Notes: a model not told the origin generated them from the sequence alone. Counted from the first letter of the stretch, positions 51,601 through 61,491 are shown. The stretch is 64,000 nucleotides of DNA from Candidatus Oxydemutatoraceae bacterium (GCA_965218975.1 OZ244717.1:832001-896000); one strand, 5' to 3'. Numbers and translations are program-made.

Positions 51601-54600
51601 TCTGAAACCGCGACGACGCCTAGTGCTCCGCTAAATTTGCAGGTGCAGGTGTTCGAGGAGTTTTCCGGGGTATTGATCACTTGGTCCGCACCGGATGACG
51701 GAGGAGCGCCGATTACCGCTTATCGCATTTACTGGAGAAAAACCGACGAACAACAAGAGCAGTCAAAGACGGTTTTTCCAAGTAACAATCAGTACTTCCT
51801 AGCAGGAATTGATCCCGATGCAGATTATGCATTTGCGGTGACGGCATGGAATGAGCTCGGTGAAGGTGAACGAAGCACTGCCGTCTCGCCGCCGGCATCG
51901 CCGACGGATCTGTCAGCGACAGCGGGTCATAAACGGGTAATACTCGAATGGATGACGGGCGACGGCGGCGGCAGCGCGATCACGCACTATCAATATCGGC
52001 AGAAAGTAGACGGTGAGGATTTCAGTGGATGGATGAATATTCCGGACGGCGATGATGCCGACAGCGACGCCGGTAACGAGACGAGTTATACGGTTACCGG
52101 TCTGACGAACGGCACGAGCTACCTCTTCCAAGTGCGTGCGGTGAATGCTCTTGGCGCGCACAGCGAGGCCACGGCTGAGGTTGGTGCGAGACCGTTCTTG
52201 ATTGAAATCGCTACTGGTGATTTTGCTATTACGGATGTTTATGCCGGCCCTTTTTCTGGCCTTCTGGGTATTACACCAAACGAGCAGGTGATTGCGCGTC
52301 CGGTGTTCGTCTTTGTCGGGTTTATCGGTGGCGTCCGGATGAGTGGTATTGAGCCAGATGAGATCGAAATTGGGAACGGTGATATTTTGCTGGTGAGAGT
52401 CGGTGACGAATGCGGCTTCGGCACCCCGATCCCAGATAACGTTATCTGTATAGAGATACTCCCGACCGGGCCGAATGGTTCTCAGCTTACGATGAGTCTT
52501 CCTGCCGATGTTGCCGATCTAGGCAATGCCGCGGCACCGGATTTCTATCGCCGGGAAATCGTTCGTTCGGACGGTATCATGGCAGAGGCCGTCTCAATGC
52601 CTGACGGTCCGATTCTCACATCGGAGCCGTTCGTAGTTACTTTTACTTTCAGCGGCGACGGAATATTAATAGGAGTAAGAGGGGCTGCGGCGGATAATGT
52701 TCCGTTCCCTTTGGAGGATTACTTGGAGCCTGAGGAAATTGAGGTAGTTTATAGTCCCCCTGCACCGTCCGGTGGTACTTTTATTCGTCTTGAGGTTTCC
52801 AATTCCAGTGCTAGTATGGGACATACTAATATTGATATTACCCTTCGGGCAAGGCAGCGCTATGAGGGTGTGCTGACTGTAACTTTACCTGCCGGCTCGG
52901 CTCGCAACATTTATGGGGATTCCTTACCTGAGACAAGTTTCTCAATCGAAGTCGACACTTTCCACCCGATTGGCATTGTTGCGTCTTCAACTTTTGTGGT
53001 GGAAGGTACGACAGCAGTATTTACACTGATGCGAGACGGTCTAATAGATAGAGAGACGGAAGTAACGGTAGAAGTAACCGAGACGAACGAAATGGTGGCC
53101 GCTGCGGATGAAGGAAGGAAGAGTGTAGCATTCGCTGCGGGCTCAAGCACGGCAATATTTTCAGTTCCGACTGTTGAGGATATTTCGGATGAAGACGACA
53201 GTGTGGTTACGGTTCGAGTGATCGGGGTTGGTTCTGATTATGTAGTAGATATGACACAAAACATTGCTACGGTGACGATACGAGACAACGATGCTGTGCC
53301 CGATGCACCGGCGGACTTAGCAGCCGCGGCGGGCGATACGCACGCGGTCCTAAGTTGGGATGCGCCTGCCGACTCCGGCGCTTCGCCGATTGACCATTAC
53401 GAATATCGCGCGAGTAGCGACGGCGGAACGGTTTGGAATCCGGATTGGACCGACGCCGGCGATGCGACGAGTGAGGTCAGGACTCAAATCGTAACCGATT
53501 TGACCAACGACACGGAATACACATTTGAAGTGCGTGCGGTCAGCGCAATAGGCAACGGCACGACCGCGCAAGTCACGGCGACACCGAGTTCCGCGACGGC
53601 GGTATTCATCCTGATGTTTGATCCGACCGAATATACGGTCAATGAAAGCGATGGGCGGGTTGAACTCACGCTCAGACTGACCGGCGTCGGGCGTGCGCCG
53701 CAGGATAAAGTGACCGTTACTGTCTCGACACGCGAAGGCAGCGCGGATATTTTGGAGGATTATCGACCCTTTGATAATGCGGAAGTCGTCTTTTCACCCG
53801 AAGTAGGCGTGACCGAGTTATCGCAAACGGTGACGGCTGAGATTGTCAATGACAACATTTTGACCCTCGATGATCAGAGCTTTTCGGTGGTTATTACGGA
53901 TAGAACAGCGGCGCATTCCGACGATACGGTCGTGATTGATCGGGGTCGCAGCGAAGCGACGGTGACTATCGTCGATGACGGTGTAGGTCCTAGGTGGAAT
54001 TATTTGCAGGAATTGCCTAGTACCGTTAATGAAAGCACGGGCATGAATACGGTTTCAATCCGGTTGGGTCAGGGAGAAGGGCTTTTCGATGGGATTTATA
54101 CAATTATGCTTGAGGTGGGGGGAACGGCGACGTTCGAGGAGGATTATATAATAGAGTTTGTCAGCGGGAGGGATATAGGATCGAGAACGCTGCCGTTCAC
54201 GAAAGGCGACCGTTTGATGCGACCGATTGAGTTCATGGATGGGCGTGATGATGAGGGTAGTATACATATACGAGAGTTAAGGTTGCGCTTAGTGGTGACG
54301 GATGACACGGTGTATGAAGCGGATGAGACGATTGAGTTGCGCTTAACTACGAGCCACCCGGCCGCTACGGTGAGGGACGGGGACGATACGACGCAGACAA
54401 TCACGCTCATCGACAACGATACGACGCCGGTATTGTCTCTGTCGGTCGGTGCGACTGTTATCGACGAAGGGGCATCGGTTGATATTACAGTGATGACGAC
54501 CGCGACCGAGTCGGTATATGCCGAAGATCAAACAATTACGTTAGAGTTTACTGGCGATGCGATGCCTGAGGACGACTATACGGTATCAGTTGACGGTTCG

Positions 54601-56223
54601 CCGTTGTCGTCGCCGTATGAGTTGACTTTACCGGCGGGGGCCTCTTCGGTAACCGCGACGATAACGGCAACAGAAGACACGGAAATTGAGGCGGATGAAA
54701 CGATTACGATTACCGCGCGGCATGAAGGCGACACAATCGGCGAGGTCCGGATAGTAACCATCACTGATAACGATGCCGTGCCCGGCGCACCGCAAAACGT
54801 CATGGCTGACGCAGGCGATCGGCAGATCATCGTGACCTGGCAGGCTCCGGGTGAGGGAGCTGGCGACCCGCACACAAGCTACCGCATCGGTTGGGCCGCA
54901 CAACCCGGCGGCACCACCGTGACCGCAGTCCTTGATGATCCGACTACGACGACGTACACGATCGAGGAGCTCGAAAACGACACCGAATACACAATCGAAA
55001 TCGCCGCCGTCAATATGGCCGGTGCGACCAGCGCGACCGTTGTGCGCACGACTCCGACCGCACCACCGCTGCTGCCACCAGGCGCACCGCAAAACGTCAT
55101 GGCTGACGCAGGCGATCGGCAGATCATCGTGACCTGGCAGGCTCCGGGTGAGGGAGCTGGCGACCCGCACACAAGCTACCGCATCGGTTGGGCCGCACAA
55201 CCCGGCGGTACCACCGTGACCGCAGTCTTTGATGATCCGACTACGACGACGTACACGATCGAGGAGCTCGAAAACGGCACCGAATACACGATTGAAGTCG
55301 CAGCCGTCAATGCATCGGGCGCGACTACCGCAGAGGCCGTGGCGGCAACCCCGGCAGCACTGCTGCCGGCACCGGATAACTTCAGCGTGGTCCCGAGTGT
55401 ACGCGGCGTACTCATCGCAAGCTGGGATCAGATCCCGGATGCTATCGGTTACCGCCTCAGTTGGACTCCGCCAGACGGTGATGAGGCGGGCACGACAGAC
55501 GTTGCCACGACCTCGTATGACATTACCGGCCTTATGGACGGTGTCACATACGAGATTATGATAACCGCACTGAACCGTAACAACCAGCCGGGCGCAATCG
55601 CGACGACGCAAGCTGTGACCCTGCTGCCCGCACCGACAGGCTTCAACGTTGATGCACGCGCGCGCGGCATATTGGCCACAAGCTGGCAAGCGGTTATAGG
55701 TGCTACGACTTACCGCCTCAGTTGGACTCCGCCAGACGGTGATGAGGCGGGAGCGACAACCACTTCAGGCACCTCATACAGGATCACAGGGCTTCCCGAC
55801 AACACCGCATACGAGGTCACGGTCGCCGCACTGAACCGCAACAACGAGCCAGGCGAAATCGTAACGGCACAAGTCATGACCGTGCTGCCCGCGCCGAGCG
55901 TTCCTCGAAACGTCACCACTCGGCCAGGCGACAGACAAATTACCGTCACTTGGCAGGCTCCGGATCTGGCAACAGGCGGTGCGGCGGAAGGCTACCGCCT
56001 GCGCTGGCTGACTACAGTCCCTGAGACGGGTACCCTCATAGAGGTAGATACCGCAGACACGACAGAGACTTCCTACGTCATTTCGGACTTAACCAACGAC
56101 ATTGGATACACGATTGAAGTCGCCGCCTTCAACCCGACCGGCGTGACCACAGCGATCGCTGTGACCGCAACCCCGTTAGCGGTATTGCGCTTGAGGATTC
56201 GCGTATTCATCGAGAGACCGTAG
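48700..56223 (+). CDS. Large repetitive surface protein (FN3, Calx-beta), paralog of 10425-26069
   Basis: ORF 48610-56223; near-identical signal peptide; shared blocks; ends LRLRIRVFIERP. Confidence 0.9.
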   Translation: MLKFCCSRALSRAQSFSFGLCLLAVLIASVYVEPAHAQTAPAIIDINIVSQPALGGTYLFDETIEVALTFDETVTVTGVPLIELNIGGPSTARYVRGSGSDTLIFAYTVEADVFDDGDGISVVENTLAQDGDINMGHRGGAGVAIVSDDDTPIDLSNSARDFPDVRVDGSDNPTLLLLGYAGFYALAGDFFTAGRELAMPLITGPNANGYLLQSVELPVTRPDVASFSDLTVALRSASEDGPGDVLATFTAPGDDVSGRPTFTLPSRAFLQPNTTYFISYLNNSTATFNFFAAQIGDLETGSFEWISAISPNCGANDPTITLCLYIRDMPSAPWAGFPLITGVPAEYFGSLVARTEVRIIDEASDIAVLTASSNLALDTRDITVSEHQPFLVFTTYTAQRLATESMNLSLEVTREDGTVLPAGDLPDDGLRKTLTVTTGTTTQSFLQLGFAPDLDENADYQYRYCAANGTCSSTLTVSYLTAEAPTTDVTAISPRWKDVLSDQSVITGTGNCSAGLNVETVANLTQENNTVRFGDIAPADNVLPPRGGVSGLMYSFGFLNDDFSGGTYGEIASGNFDASKQELVLSAKWWWTNGSDSAEPTCSGSYTSTLTPLPATVSETATTPSAPLNLQVQVFEEFSGVLITWSAPDDGGAPITAYRIYWRKTDEQQEQSKTVFPSNNQYFLAGIDPDADYAFAVTAWNELGEGERSTIDTLTIMTTSVDPALNAFGESVTVKEHQPFLVFTTYTAQRLATESMNLSLEVTREDGTVLPAGDLPDDGLRKTLTVTTGTTTQSFLQLGFAPDLDENADYQYRYCAANGTCSSTLTVSYLTAEAPTTDVTAISPRWKEAFSDQSVITGTGNCSAGLNVETVANLTQENNTVRFGDIAPADNVLPPRGGVSGLMYSFGFLNDDFSGGTYGEIASGNFDASKQELVLSAKWWWTNGSDSAEPTCSGSYTSTLTPLPATVSETATTPSAPLNLQVQVFEEFSGVLITWSAPDDGGAPITAYRIYWRKTDEQQEQSKTVFPSNNQYFLAGIDPDADYAFAVTAWNELGEGERSTAVSPPASPTDLSATAGHKRVILEWMTGDGGGSAITHYQYRQKVDGEDFSGWMNIPDGDDADSDAGNETSYTVTGLTNGTSYLFQVRAVNALGAHSEATAEVGARPFLIEIATGDFAITDVYAGPFSGLLGITPNEQVIARPVFVFVGFIGGVRMSGIEPDEIEIGNGDILLVRVGDECGFGTPIPDNVICIEILPTGPNGSQLTMSLPADVADLGNAAAPDFYRREIVRSDGIMAEAVSMPDGPILTSEPFVVTFTFSGDGILIGVRGAAADNVPFPLEDYLEPEEIEVVYSPPAPSGGTFIRLEVSNSSASMGHTNIDITLRARQRYEGVLTVTLPAGSARNIYGDSLPETSFSIEVDTFHPIGIVASSTFVVEGTTAVFTLMRDGLIDRETEVTVEVTETNEMVAAADEGRKSVAFAAGSSTAIFSVPTVEDISDEDDSVVTVRVIGVGSDYVVDMTQNIATVTIRDNDAVPDAPADLAAAAGDTHAVLSWDAPADSGASPIDHYEYRASSDGGTVWNPDWTDAGDATSEVRTQIVTDLTNDTEYTFEVRAVSAIGNGTTAQVTATPSSATAVFILMFDPTEYTVNESDGRVELTLRLTGVGRAPQDKVTVTVSTREGSADILEDYRPFDNAEVVFSPEVGVTELSQTVTAEIVNDNILTLDDQSFSVVITDRTAAHSDDTVVIDRGRSEATVTIVDDGVGPRWNYLQELPSTVNESTGMNTVSIRLGQGEGLFDGIYTIMLEVGGTATFEEDYIIEFVSGRDIGSRTLPFTKGDRLMRPIEFMDGRDDEGSIHIRELRLRLVVTDDTVYEADETIELRLTTSHPAATVRDGDDTTQTITLIDNDTTPVLSLSVGATVIDEGASVDITVMTTATESVYAEDQTITLEFTGDAMPEDDYTVSVDGSPLSSPYELTLPAGASSVTATITATEDTEIEADETITITARHEGDTIGEVRIVTITDNDAVPGAPQNVMADAGDRQIIVTWQAPGEGAGDPHTSYRIGWAAQPGGTTVTAVLDDPTTTTYTIEELENDTEYTIEIAAVNMAGATSATVVRTTPTAPPLLPPGAPQNVMADAGDRQIIVTWQAPGEGAGDPHTSYRIGWAAQPGGTTVTAVFDDPTTTTYTIEELENGTEYTIEVAAVNASGATTAEAVAATPAALLPAPDNFSVVPSVRGVLIASWDQIPDAIGYRLSWTPPDGDEAGTTDVATTSYDITGLMDGVTYEIMITALNRNNQPGAIATTQAVTLLPAPTGFNVDARARGILATSWQAVIGATTYRLSWTPPDGDEAGATTTSGTSYRITGLPDNTAYEVTVAALNRNNEPGEIVTAQVMTVLPAPSVPRNVTTRPGDRQITVTWQAPDLATGGAAEGYRLRWLTTVPETGTLIEVDTADTTETSYVISDLTNDIGYTIEVAAFNPTGVTTAIAVTATPLAVLRLRIRVFIERP
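49855..51879 (+). repeat. Two near-identical 975-bp coding units (offset 1050)
   Basis: 49855-50829 matches 50905-51879. Confidence 0.92.
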
Positions 56224-56733
56224 CAGTAAACCCCTATACTATGGGCGGCAGACAACAATACTTGTGGCCGCACAATATCGGAAAACATATCCCTTCGGCG
56301 AGGTTATTTCTTCCCTAAGAAACCCGACAAGAATACCTGCTTCGTACCAGGGAAGACAAGAATAGAATAGACGGGTTTCCCGTGGCGACAATTATGTGTT
56401 CGGCAGCCGCTTTATACCTTTGTCGGCACATCGGCTGTCGCATCAAAGGTTTCCGTATGAGCTCGTTTGTCGCTCTTGCACGCGGTGACGGACAGCAAGA
56501 TCTGTTGCGTTCGAGCGTCTTGGCGATCAAGCCTCCGATCGCAACTGCCGCAGACCGGAGGCGTTGCTCATCTGGGAGCTTAGATTCCAAAGGCCGAAGC
56601 AAACCGTTGCGGCGTAAACCGTTACGTGCGCGCCTTGGTCGCAAAGCCGGTGCCAAGTATGTCAGGTCTATTGGTTGGTATGGAAAAGAGAGGTTGATGC
56701 GTTCCGAACTTCCTGCTGTAAATGGGTTCGGTG

Positions 56734-57564
56734 TTAATTGACATTGACACCAAGCTTGCCGCCTAGCGATATTAACCGATTGTGTACTCGAATATCCGTT
56801 GCTTGGATATTGTACCGGACGCGATTATTACGAATACGTTCAACTTTAACCGGCAAGTAAGCGTGTTGCGGACTCAGCCAATAGCGAGAATCGAGCTTGC
56901 CTTTTTTCAAGCGATCAAAACGTATCGTTAGTAGCTCACCCAAAGCGGTAGAGAGCCTCTCTTCTCCGCGATTAAAAAATACGTAGCGGCGTAGTTTTGT
57001 TTTTGACAATGTATCGTAGTACATCATGTCTTTCCCTTCCTGCGCATCAATACTAAGTTGCAGGTGCATCGTGAAAACACTGTGTACGTCGGGATGCACG
57101 GTAAAGTGATATTGTTCTTTACCTAACCGGGCGCTTGCGGTAAGCCGATCGGCTTCAAAGAGGTACGTGATGTCGCGTTGTGCGGCGTTATTATATCGTT
57201 GAATAAAATCAATCGGGACGATTCGTTTTTGTTGCCCTCGCCATAGATTTTGTGCGCGAACGGTGCCGGTGCCGCCGAGCCAGGCGCCGAGTATTCCGTT
57301 CCCCTTAAATTCCCCCGCAAGATTGATGCAATCAGCATTCAATGTAGTATGAACCTTAACCTCCAGCATTGGTTTTGTGCCGAAAAACACATCGTACCAC
57401 GCGGTGAACAAAGTGTTTTTGTTCAACTGCCTTTCGTCAAGGCAGTTTTGGTTGCTTGAATTGTTTGCATGTGTAGTATCTGCGCAGCAAAACGCAATCG
57501 TTGCAATGATGGCAGATGCGATAACAGCGGAATTAATCTTATGTCGTTGTGCTGATTTGTTCAT
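56734..57564 (-). CDS. DUF3108-like exported protein
   Basis: Signal-like N-terminus; TALGEL.T and YWLSPQHAYLPVK motifs; typical position after purN. Confidence 0.7.
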   Translation of the reverse strand: MNKSAQRHKINSAVIASAIIATIAFCCADTTHANNSSNQNCLDERQLNKNTLFTAWYDVFFGTKPMLEVKVHTTLNADCINLAGEFKGNGILGAWLGGTGTVRAQNLWRGQQKRIVPIDFIQRYNNAAQRDITYLFEADRLTASARLGKEQYHFTVHPDVHSVFTMHLQLSIDAQEGKDMMYYDTLSKTKLRRYVFFNRGEERLSTALGELLTIRFDRLKKGKLDSRYWLSPQHAYLPVKVERIRNNRVRYNIQATDIRVHNRLISLGGKLGVNVN

Positions 57565-58228
57565 CTTCGACCGATAGTAAGGGATGTGTAAGAGCTTGTC
57601 CGTCCAATAAACAAATTCCGTTATGCAACTTCAAACGACCGTCACAATACAACGCAATGGCTTTGGGATAGATGATGTGTTCGTTTTTTAACACTCGTGT
57701 CGCAAGTGTCTGAGCTGTATCGTCGTTCGATACGCTGACAGCTGCTTGCAAGATAACCGGTCCTTCGTCCGGCATCTCAGTCACAAAATGTACACTGCAT
57801 CCGTGTTGCGATTCGCCCGCTTTCAATACGCGTTGATGCGTGTGCAATCCTTTGTATTTGGGCAGTAATGACGGATGAATATTCAGAATTTTGCCGTAAA
57901 AACACGCAACGAAATCAGCACTTAAAATATGCATAAAGCCGGCAAGTGCAATTAAATCCGGGCCAATTGTTTCAATCTGATTACATAGCTCCGTATCATA
58001 TTCCGCCCGCGTAGTGAAAGACCGTCGTTCAAGCACAATAGTTTTAATACCGAATTCCGTTGCTCGTCTCAAACCGTCCGCTTGAGTGCGATCGCTGATA
58101 ACCGCATTGACTTCAGCATGAATGGCGCCTTGTCGGACCGCCTGTAAGATGGCGCACATATTGCTACCATTACCCGAGATGAGTATGACTAAATTTTTAC
58201 GTTTTGACGGGGTGCGATGATCAGGCAT
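57539..58228 (-). CDS. purN: Phosphoribosylglycinamide formyltransferase
   Basis: LISGNGSN, LAGFM, LNIHPSLLP and GCSVHFV motifs. Confidence 0.96.
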   Translation of the reverse strand: MPDHRTPSKRKNLVILISGNGSNMCAILQAVRQGAIHAEVNAVISDRTQADGLRRATEFGIKTIVLERRSFTTRAEYDTELCNQIETIGPDLIALAGFMHILSADFVACFYGKILNIHPSLLPKYKGLHTHQRVLKAGESQHGCSVHFVTEMPDEGPVILQAAVSVSNDDTAQTLATRVLKNEHIIYPKAIALYCDGRLKLHNGICLLDGQALTHPLLSVEDEQISTTT

Positions 58229-59264
58229 AAATAACACATGCCGGTTCTGTCCGCGGACAAATTTCGCCGATCATCCATGCTTGACAACCGTTATTGTTTA
58301 ATTGCGTAAGTACATCCGCGGCATTATTGCTAGCGACTACGGCAATCATACCAATACCGCAATTAAACACTCTTAACATTTCTTCTTCGTCAAGCTTGCC
58401 GGTTTGGCGTAGCCAGTCAAAAATTGCCGGCTCAGGCCAAAAGCTACGGTTGAGTTTTGCTGCTTGTCCGTCGTTAAGAATCCGTGTCAAATTGCCACCG
58501 ATGCCCCCGCCGGTGATATGCGCAAGCGCATGAATCGTCTGCTGTGCAATCAGCGGCAGTAACGGCTTGACATAAATTGAGGTAGGTTTCAGCAAAGTTT
58601 CCCCCAAATTTTCCCCGTTAAACGGCTGCGCCAGATCAATATTGTGTTCTGCGAGAATTTTTCTAATTAGTGAATAACCGTTGGAATGCACACCGCTTGA
58701 AGCGAGCCCGATTACGGCGTCGCCAATTTTTACTCGATGCGCGCCGCACAAATTTTTTTCATCGGCAAGTCCGACGCAAAATCCGGCAATATCGTATTCG
58801 CTGACATTGAATACACCGGGCATCTCTGCGGTTTCACCGCCGATCAAACTGCAACCGGCGCGAATACAACCTTCGGCGATACCTTTTATAACCGATTTTG
58901 TGTGAGTAACGGATAATTTGCCGCAGGCAAAGTAATCCAGAAATAAAAGCGGTTCGCCACCTTGTGCCAATACATCGTTGGCGCACATTGCGACTAGGTC
59001 AATGCCGATCGTATCATGGCGTTTTAACGTACCGGCGAGTTTTAATTTAGTGCCGACACCGTCGGTCGCTGCGACTAGCACAGGATTTTGATAGGGATGA
59101 TCGGCCAGACGAAACAGCCCGGCGAATCCGCCCGGGCCGGTGAGTACCTCCGGGCGCAATGTTGTCTGACACAGAGGTTTGATTAGTTCAACCAGTGTGT
59201 TGCCGGCAGCAATATCGACTCCGGCGGATTTATAGCTAAATTTCTTTTCACCTTTAGTCGCCAT
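58221..59264 (-). CDS. purM: AIR synthetase
   Basis: YKSAGVDI, DGVGTK, GGETAEMPG and HITGGG motifs. Confidence 0.97.
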   Translation of the reverse strand: MATKGEKKFSYKSAGVDIAAGNTLVELIKPLCQTTLRPEVLTGPGGFAGLFRLADHPYQNPVLVAATDGVGTKLKLAGTLKRHDTIGIDLVAMCANDVLAQGGEPLLFLDYFACGKLSVTHTKSVIKGIAEGCIRAGCSLIGGETAEMPGVFNVSEYDIAGFCVGLADEKNLCGAHRVKIGDAVIGLASSGVHSNGYSLIRKILAEHNIDLAQPFNGENLGETLLKPTSIYVKPLLPLIAQQTIHALAHITGGGIGGNLTRILNDGQAAKLNRSFWPEPAIFDWLRQTGKLDEEEMLRVFNCGIGMIAVVASNNAADVLTQLNNNGCQAWMIGEICPRTEPACVIYA

Positions 59265-59397
59265 TTGACCTTAACCTCAAGGTGCATTTAATTGTTCAGT
59301 TAGCGCAACGATTCAGTTAGAATAAAAGAAATATCTGCCAGTATAGCAATTCCCTTCGGGGAATGCTGTAACGCTGTTGTATAGAAAGAGATCGGAT

Positions 59398-59967
59398 ATG
59401 AAACATTTGCCAAATATTATTACTTGTTTTCGTATTGCGTTGGTTCCGGTTTTTGCCCTGTGGATGCTGGATCAGGAGTTCGCCAAAGCATTTCTCTTGA
59501 TGTTGCTGTTGGGTATATCAGACGCACTTGACGGATTTCTTGCTAAAACTTTTAATTACAGAAGTAAACTTGGTGCATGGCTGGACCCGATGGCGGACAA
59601 AGTGGCATTGATCAGCGCATTTTTATTGACGTATCACTTTGGTTTTTTACCTCTATGGTTTTTGTTACTGATCGTATTGCGCGATGCGGCAGTGATGGGG
59701 GGGTTGACCATGATACGTTACCGTTACAATGAAAGAGAATTTTTGCCCCATTGGACAGGCAAACTGAGTACTTTTCTTCAGTTTGTTTTAATCTTAATCA
59801 TACTTGCCGGTGAAGCACCGCAACTACCGGCAGTATCCGATCGGGCAATTATGGGGTTCATTGTATTGACCGCTATCGCGTCATTGTCAAGTTTTGCAAT
59901 CTATATGAATGAAGGACTTGCTTTTCGATCAAGCGAGGCAAAAAACGGGCGACAATATAATTCATGA
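59398..59967 (+). CDS. CDP-alcohol phosphatidyltransferase family protein
   Basis: DALDGFLAK...GAWLDPMADK motif. Confidence 0.9.
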   Translation: MKHLPNIITCFRIALVPVFALWMLDQEFAKAFLLMLLLGISDALDGFLAKTFNYRSKLGAWLDPMADKVALISAFLLTYHFGFLPLWFLLLIVLRDAAVMGGLTMIRYRYNEREFLPHWTGKLSTFLQFVLILIILAGEAPQLPAVSDRAIMGFIVLTAIASLSSFAIYMNEGLAFRSSEAKNGRQYNS

Positions 59968-60695
59968 CCGCTAATCCCCCCGGACAATTAATTTTTTCAT
60001 TTAAGCCCGCTAAAGAAAAAACTTTTACCAGTTATCATGTAACAAACAATGAAACAGTTGTTCGCGCATTATGCGATATCGGCGATCAGCTTTCGCACCG
60101 GTCCAAGCAGGCGACTCAGGTTTATTTATGGGGGATGCACGCGACCGGGAAAAGCCATTTGCTGCAAGCATTGTGTTGTCAAGTGATTGAATGCGGCGGT
60201 CGTAGCGCTTATTTGCCTTTATTCAAATGCATTGATTACGGATGCGATGCATTAGCGGGTTTGGAATCGTTTGATTTACTCTGCTTGGATGACATGGATG
60301 ATGTGTTGTCTCGCTACGATTGGCAGCAAGCATTATTTCATTTGATTAATCAAGTACGTGCAAACGCCAATATGTTGGTAATGGCAGGGAGGAAAAATCC
60401 GACGCAGATATCTTTGCAGCTAAAAGACCTTGCCTCACGTCTGATTTGGGGAGCGGTTTATCACCTTCAACCGTTGCCGGATAAAGATAAAGCATCGGCA
60501 CTATGCGGTATTGCCCGTCAATTACAATTCGAACTACCCCATGGTTCGGCGGATTATCTGCTTAAACACTATTCGCGCGATTTAAGTTATTTGACCGGTT
60601 TTCTAAAGTTTTTAAGCCATGCCGCGCAGCGAAACAAATGCCGCCTAACCATTCCGTTTATCAAACAAGTTGCCGGGGGATTCAGTGAAAAATGA
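59964..60695 (+). CDS. hda: DnaA regulatory inactivator Hda
   Basis: GKSHLLQA, DLASRL.WG and RLTIPFIK motifs; N-terminal QLIF clamp-binding-like motif. Confidence 0.92.
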   Translation: MTANPPGQLIFSFKPAKEKTFTSYHVTNNETVVRALCDIGDQLSHRSKQATQVYLWGMHATGKSHLLQALCCQVIECGGRSAYLPLFKCIDYGCDALAGLESFDLLCLDDMDDVLSRYDWQQALFHLINQVRANANMLVMAGRKNPTQISLQLKDLASRLIWGAVYHLQPLPDKDKASALCGIARQLQFELPHGSADYLLKHYSRDLSYLTGFLKFLSHAAQRNKCRLTIPFIKQVAGGFSEK

Positions 60696-60698
60696 ATT

Positions 60699-61298
60699 TC
60701 ATCGTAAGCGTAACGCAAGAGTTGCGACTCTTCTACCTAGCGCGGAACATAATGCGGACTCATCTTCGTCCACCGGACGGTTGGGCGTGTTTCCGGCATA
60801 GTGCGTCGCACCGTACGGGGCGCCGCCGGTGCGGGTGATGCTGAGCTGTGCTTCGGTGTAAGGGATGCCGCAGATCACCATACCGTGATGCAATAACGGC
60901 AGCATCATGGATAGCAATGTTGTTTCTTGTCCGCTGTGGATGCCGCCGGTTGAAGTAAACACCGCCGCCGGTTTGCCGGCCAAAGCGCCGCTGATCCAGA
61001 TCGGAGTAGTTTGGTCAAAAAAGTGTTTCAATGGCGCTGCCATATTGCCGAAATGTGTCGGGCTGCCGACCAACATGCCATCACACTTCTTCAGATCTTC
61101 CAAAGTGGCGTATGCAGGACCGCTGTCGGGAACTGTATTTTCAACGTGTCGTTTGGATGAAGCGGGGATTTTCGGCACTGTGCGCAGGTTTGCTTGCGTA
61201 CCTGCAATGCCATCGATACTACGTGCAATTATCCGCGCCATATTGGCGGTGGCACCGTGGCGACTGTAGTATAAAACTAAAATTATACCGGTTTGCAT
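60699..61298 (-). CDS. wrbA: NAD(P)H:quinone oxidoreductase
   Basis: YYSRHGAT, GSPTHFGNM and GQETTLLS motifs. Confidence 0.92.
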   Translation of the reverse strand: MQTGIILVLYYSRHGATANMARIIARSIDGIAGTQANLRTVPKIPASSKRHVENTVPDSGPAYATLEDLKKCDGMLVGSPTHFGNMAAPLKHFFDQTTPIWISGALAGKPAAVFTSTGGIHSGQETTLLSMMLPLLHHGMVICGIPYTEAQLSITRTGGAPYGATHYAGNTPNRPVDEDESALCSALGRRVATLALRLR

Positions 61299-61491
61299 TA
61301 TCGCTCTAGCTGAGATTCATCATAAAATATAACGGTAATGATATACTGAAAGGCTACAGTGAAATAGTAATGAATGGCGTTGCACCTTTGGTAAATATTC
61401 AACGGCGGCAACAATAATTCAAACGATATTATTGAATCAAGCTCAACAATTTCGGGACGAACCGGATATGAATCGGATCGGAGGACAATAA

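Larger units (their letters stand above)
47279..56223. mobile_element. Second, right-truncated copy of the IS1634-end / arm / adhesin element
   Basis: 47279-48835 parallels 8999-10560 with the same IS/arm junction; no right arm or IS left end seen after 56223. Confidence 0.85.

Noticed and set aside
10425-56223. Diversity-generating retroelement or shufflon as the cause of adhesin variation
   Set aside because: No reverse transcriptase or site-specific recombinase in the window, and the differences are not visibly adenine-specific.
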